Below the pieces are notes generated by a model. The model worked only from the letters and a program-made list of their open reading frames with translations, ran no database searches and had not been told where the DNA came from. The position numbers and the translations under genes are program-made. A DNA stretch of 64,000 nucleotides. Origin: Candidatus Spongiisociaceae bacterium. Lineage in GTDB: Bacteria; Actinomycetota; Acidimicrobiia; Spongiisociales; Spongiisociaceae. The DNA is taken from the NCBI GenBank assembly GCA_965202665.1, contig OZ241841.1:2080001-2144000 (forward strand). Reading direction: 5' to 3'. How positions within the stretch are numbered: position 1 is the first letter of the stretch; each line of letters begins with the position of its first letter. Of the stretch, positions 60,267-64,000 are shown in pieces.

Positions 60267-61906
60267 TGGACCTTTTGCGGAAGATAGCGTTGGTTTCCGA
60301 ACTGTTGGACCGGATACGGGCCAACAACGTTTGGGCGGGCCCGGTTCACCTGCAGAAGAGCATGTTCTTCTTGCAGGAGATGCGGGGAGTCCCGCTGGAC
60401 TTCGAGTTCGTTCTGTACCGATACGGGCCGTACTCTTTTGAGTTGCAGGACGAGATCGAATATATCCGAGGGTCGGGGTTTCTGAAGTGGTTTTTTCACG
60501 ACTCCCCCGGCTATGCCACCGGCCTAGAAACTACCGAGGCCAGTCGCAATATCCGCGACAAACTTCCCAAGCTTATGGATAAGTACGAGGATGATTTGGC
60601 CTTTGTGTCCGAAAATATCGGTCCTATGAGGTCCATGCAACTAGAGCGGGTATCGACTTCCTTTTATTACATGGTGAAGGGCTTGGAAGGCGACGAGGAT
60701 ATCGCCCGCGAGGTTTGCAAGGTAAAACCGCATATTGATTACTCGGACGCGGCAGAGGCTGTGCAACAGGTCCGCCAGTTCGCCGAGCAGTCAGGTTGGC
60801 GCCGTATGGACAGCGTAACTTGGCCAATCGAACCTCATACTTTAGCTAAGCACGACCTCCTTCGTAGGTATCTCGGAGATTGGTTTCCTATTATGTACAA
60901 GCGCAACAAGAGAATTATATATCTCGATGCTTTTGCTGGTCCTGGTGTTTACGCGGGCGGTGAGCCAGGGTCGCCTTTGATTGCACTGGAAACACTTATT
61001 ACGCATAAGTCATTTCCAAAGATGAGTGAAACAGAATTTGGGTTTGTATTTATAGAAAAGGATAAATCGAAGTGTCAAAGGCTGGAGCAAGAAATAGAAA
61101 CCTTTTGGCTAAAGCAGGGAATAGATAAGCCCTCGAATATAGAAATCGATGTGATAAACGATGAATTTATGAATATTGCTCAGGATGTTCTTAATAAAAT
61201 TGAACCTAAAGGTGCAACACTAGCACCTGCTTTTGCTTTTATTGATCCTTTTGGTTGGTCCGATATTAGATTCGATCTAATGATGCAAATTGTTTCCTTT
61301 GATAAGTGGGAAATTTTATTTACCTTTATGGTTGAGCATATTTCTCGCTTCTTAAATAAACCAAATACACAAAAATCTTTACAAGGTTTTTTTGGCACAG
61401 ATAAATATAGAGATTTTGTTTCTCTATCTGGTGATAAAAGGATAGAATCTTTAAGAGATCTATTTGTTGATCAGTTAAGAGAAAAAGGTTCTTTCTCGCA
61501 TGTAACACCATTTGAAATGGTTAGCAATAGAGGTAAGACCGAGTGTTTTTTGATTCACGGCACACGTCATATAAAAGGGCTTCAAGTAATGAAGGATGCA
61601 ATGTGGAAGTTGGATCCGACCGGTAACTATCAATTCGAGGCAAGGTGGAAGGGACAGGAAGTTCTTTTTGGCCCTAATTATATCAAAGATCTCAAAAAAG
61701 AGTTTATTGAAGAATTCAAAGGAAGAGAGGTATCAATTTCAGAAATAGAGAATTACGTATTAACAGATACTCTCTATACTAAAAACCATGTAGTACCAAC
61801 TTTGAAAGAAATGGAAAAAGAGATAGAAAATAAAGGAATAATATTAGCAACAAACCGTCAAAGAAAGAGAACATATCCGTCTGGCACTAAAATTACATTC
61901 TTCTGA
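60266..61906 (+). CDS. Fusion of YwgA-like domain (aa 1-180) and three-Cys-motif partner protein TcmP (from Met181, nt 60806)
   Basis: LQKSMFF...F....YGPYSFEL...GFL; then WPIEPHTLAKH.LL.RYL..W, YLDAFAGPG, FAFIDPFG, LIHGT.H..G...MKDAMW; GC drops sharply near 60806. Confidence 0.85.
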   Translation: MDLLRKIALVSELLDRIRANNVWAGPVHLQKSMFFLQEMRGVPLDFEFVLYRYGPYSFELQDEIEYIRGSGFLKWFFHDSPGYATGLETTEASRNIRDKLPKLMDKYEDDLAFVSENIGPMRSMQLERVSTSFYYMVKGLEGDEDIAREVCKVKPHIDYSDAAEAVQQVRQFAEQSGWRRMDSVTWPIEPHTLAKHDLLRRYLGDWFPIMYKRNKRIIYLDAFAGPGVYAGGEPGSPLIALETLITHKSFPKMSETEFGFVFIEKDKSKCQRLEQEIETFWLKQGIDKPSNIEIDVINDEFMNIAQDVLNKIEPKGATLAPAFAFIDPFGWSDIRFDLMMQIVSFDKWEILFTFMVEHISRFLNKPNTQKSLQGFFGTDKYRDFVSLSGDKRIESLRDLFVDQLREKGSFSHVTPFEMVSNRGKTECFLIHGTRHIKGLQVMKDAMWKLDPTGNYQFEARWKGQEVLFGPNYIKDLKKEFIEEFKGREVSISEIENYVLTDTLYTKNHVVPTLKEMEKEIENKGIILATNRQRKRTYPSGTKITFF

Positions 61907-61961
61907 ATAGGTGGTTATAATGTGGGAAGCCATTCCAAGTAATGCCATCTAAGGTTCGGCT
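61893..61961 (-). pseudogene. 3' remnant of a DUF5131 (Gp37/Gp68-like three-Cys-motif) gene
   Basis: Minus strand reads SRTLDGITWNGFP...*, resembling the GRxLDGRTWD.(F/M)P C-terminus of DUF5131; convergent with tcmP; low GC. Confidence 0.55.
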
Positions 61962-62339
61962 TTGGTCAGCGAGGGGGAGCGGCCGGTTGGGATCATCCAG
62001 AGTTACCGCATCGGGGACGACCCTGAATATTTGGATGACCGGTGGATGGTGGGGGCGCCGCCCGACGAGGTCAGCTTGGACTATCTGATCGGGGTACCGG
62101 ACGCGGTGGGGCGGGGGCTGGGTTCGGAGATGATACGGCGGTTCGCAGCCAGCCTGTGGGAGCGCTACCCGCGGGCACCGTCGGCGATCGTGGCGGTGCT
62201 GGCCGACAACCCGGCTTCCTGGCGCGCTTTGGAGAAAGCCGGGTTCGCCCGGATCTGGTCGGGCCCGGCCCGCTCCGACTACGGAGCCGACGAACTCACC
62301 CACATCTACCGTCTTTCCCGCCCGTCGCCGGTTGCCTGA
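61962..62339 (+). pseudogene. 5'-truncated GNAT acetyltransferase (AAC(6')-like)
   Basis: PVGIIQSY, LDYLIG....GRGLG, NPASWRALEKAGF; N-terminal part and RBS missing; high GC. Confidence 0.7.
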
Positions 62340-63053
62340 CTCGGCTCACCGCCGACCCGCCCTTTGCTTACGACAAAAGGTCGGAAAACAACCGACAAAT
62401 TGTCGGTTTATTTTGAAAGGTAGTATAGTGGAATATAGGGAAGGCTGGGGGCGGTGTTTTACGGGTTGCCGCCCCCAGCCCGGTTGTTGCCTTTTGCCTG
62501 CCTGGAATCAGGCTAGGGCAACATCTAGCGGACGCCGGAGATCAGAAACCTGACCGACTCCAGATCGACATCGTTCAAGTTTGCCTTGAAGGTGGCGGTC
62601 ATAATCTTATCCCTTTCCCTATTATATATAAGTAATACATTTGAGGCAAATCGCCTGTGGCAACCCTACTCGGCCGGGTGCGACAAAACGGGGACAACAA
62701 GATGTTTGATGGCGGTGGTGTCCGAGATGGTTCCTGGCCGGGAGTTTGGGGCAGCGTTATATGGTCGTCCGTTATCGGCAGGAAGGGCGGGCTGGGGTTT
62801 CTCGCAGGGGGCTGGGGTTGGTGTCCACTTCCAGCAGACCTCCGCCCGCCGCGGCCGCTAGCCAATCGGTCATCGTTCCGAACGAGGTGAGCACCGGCCC
62901 GCGCAATCGGTGCTCGGAACGCCTGCGTCGTCACTTTTGCACACCGCCAGGCTCCAGCCGCCCGCCGGGAGTAAATTCCCCTCCTCGGCCAAATCCCCCT
63001 TGGGATGGAATCAGGTAGGAAGCAGGCGAGCCGCCCAGATGGCTAGCCAGGAT

Positions 63054-63081
63054 TTGCCTTTACCATTTAGTGTGGTATAAT
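63054..63081 (+). promoter_or_regulatory. Promoter of second tcmP (probably leaderless)
   Basis: TTGCCT 63054-63059, 16-nt spacer, TG-G-TATAAT 63076-63081; ATG 6 nt downstream, no SD. Confidence 0.65.
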
Positions 63082-63087
63082 GAGCGT

Positions 63088-64000
63088 ATGGACAGTGTAA
63101 CTTGGCCAATTAAACCTCATACCAAAGCTAAGCATGAGCTCCTTCGTAGGTATCTCGGAGCTTGGTTTCCTATTATGTACGAGGGCAACGAGAGAATTAT
63201 ATATCTTGATGCTTTTGCTGGTCCTGGTGTTTACACGGGCGATGAGCCAGGGTCGCCTTTGATTGCACTGGAAACACTTGTTAATCATAGTTCATTTTCA
63301 AAGATGGGTGGAACAGAATTCTTATTTGCATTTATAGAAAAGGATAAATTAAAGTGTCAAAGGCTAGAGCAAGAAATAGAAACCTTTTGGCAAAAACAAG
63401 GAAAAAATAAGACCTCGAACATCAAAATTGCGGTGCTGAACGACGAATTTGAGAATATTGCTCAGGATGTTCTTAATATCCTTGAATCTGACAATGCAAT
63501 TTTAGCACCTACCTTTGCTTTTGTTGATCCTTTTGGCTGGTCCGGTATGACTTTAGAATTGATGACGAAATTCCTTTCTTTCAGAAAATGTGAAATTCTA
63601 GTTAACTTTATGGTTGAAGATATTTCCCGGTTCCTAGATAAAGAAAATACACAAAAATCTTTGCTAGACTGTTTTGGTACAGATAGATATAGAGATTTTG
63701 TTTCTCTATCTGGCGATGAAAGGATAGAATCTTTAAGAGATTTATTTGTTGATCAGTTAAGAGAAAAAGGTTCCTTCAAATACGTAACGCCATTTAAAAT
63801 GGTTAATAATAGAGGTAAGACCAAGTATTTTTTGATTCACGGCACTCGTAGTATAACAGGGCTTCGAGCAATGAAGGATGCAATGTGGAAGTTGGATCCG
63901 ACCGGTAACTATCAATTCGAGGCAAAGTGGAGGGGAAGGCAAGTGCTTTTTGGTTCTGATATTATTCAAGATCTCAAAAAAGCGATTTTTGAAAAATTTA
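63088..64000 (+). CDS. tcmP: Three-Cys-motif partner protein TcmP, stand-alone copy (3'-partial; absent from ORF track)
   Basis: Hand-translated, open to the window end: MDSVTWPIKPHTKAKHELLRRYLGAWF, YLDAFAGPG, FAFVDPFG, LIHGTRS..G...MKDAMW. Confidence 0.88.
   Translation, partial: MDSVTWPIKPHTKAKHELLRRYLGAWFPIMYEGNERIIYLDAFAGPGVYTGDEPGSPLIALETLVNHSSFSKMGGTEFLFAFIEKDKLKCQRLEQEIETFWQKQGKNKTSNIKIAVLNDEFENIAQDVLNILESDNAILAPTFAFVDPFGWSGMTLELMTKFLSFRKCEILVNFMVEDISRFLDKENTQKSLLDCFGTDRYRDFVSLSGDERIESLRDLFVDQLREKGSFKYVTPFKMVNNRGKTKYFLIHGTRSITGLRAMKDAMWKLDPTGNYQFEAKWRGRQVLFGSDIIQDLKKAIFEKF

Noticed and set aside
62966-62992. Possible att copy of a tRNA 3' end
   Set aside because: Does not match the 3' end of tRNA-fMet or tRNA-Leu and lacks a TTCRA loop
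60806-64000. DGR template/variable repeat pair
   Set aside because: Gene-length duplication, differences not adenine-specific, no reverse transcriptase in the window
1-64000. CRISPR array, rRNA, IS or integrase, prophage
   Set aside because: No regularly spaced repeats, rRNA signatures, recombinase motifs or phage gene cluster seen

Overview
High-GC chromosomal window, inferred to be Actinomycetota of class Acidimicrobiia from WhiB, UPF0182, DUF501, DUF3048, SodN and SLH proteins with Thr-rich lipoprotein linkers. Most of it is core: mfd-prsA-mazG-eno-ftsB-DUF501-tRNA-Leu(UAA), korAB, amidase, sodN/sodX, a 4-gene ABC-2 exporter, metG, deoC plus two ALDHs, menC-like, icd-mdh-HU, sdhCAB, whiB-tatA, peroxiredoxin, DNA MTase, zincin, HtrA, moaE, acyl-CoA ligase plus LIV-type ABC importer, bioY, YlbL, DivIVA-like, UPF0182 and tRNA-fMet. 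Accessory patches are a Clp-fold SDH_sah protease behind tRNA-Leu, an orphan MNT, and an island behind tRNA-fMet. The best leads are: (1) a DivIVA-domain protein ending in a phage MuF/SPP1-gp7-like domain, with three perfect DnaA boxes over its promoter; (2) the tRNA-fMet island, where a SAMHD1-like HD dNTPase is coupled to a YwgA-like partner fused in frame to a TcmP copy, followed by a DUF5131 3' remnant and a second free tcmP; (3) a G11 tract inside the -35/-10 spacer of a large SLH/Ig/FG-GAP surface-protein gene; (4) an unannotated 46-aa Arg-rich peptide. No CRISPR array, rRNA, integrase or transposase was seen. All family calls are by-eye motif recognition; no searches were run.
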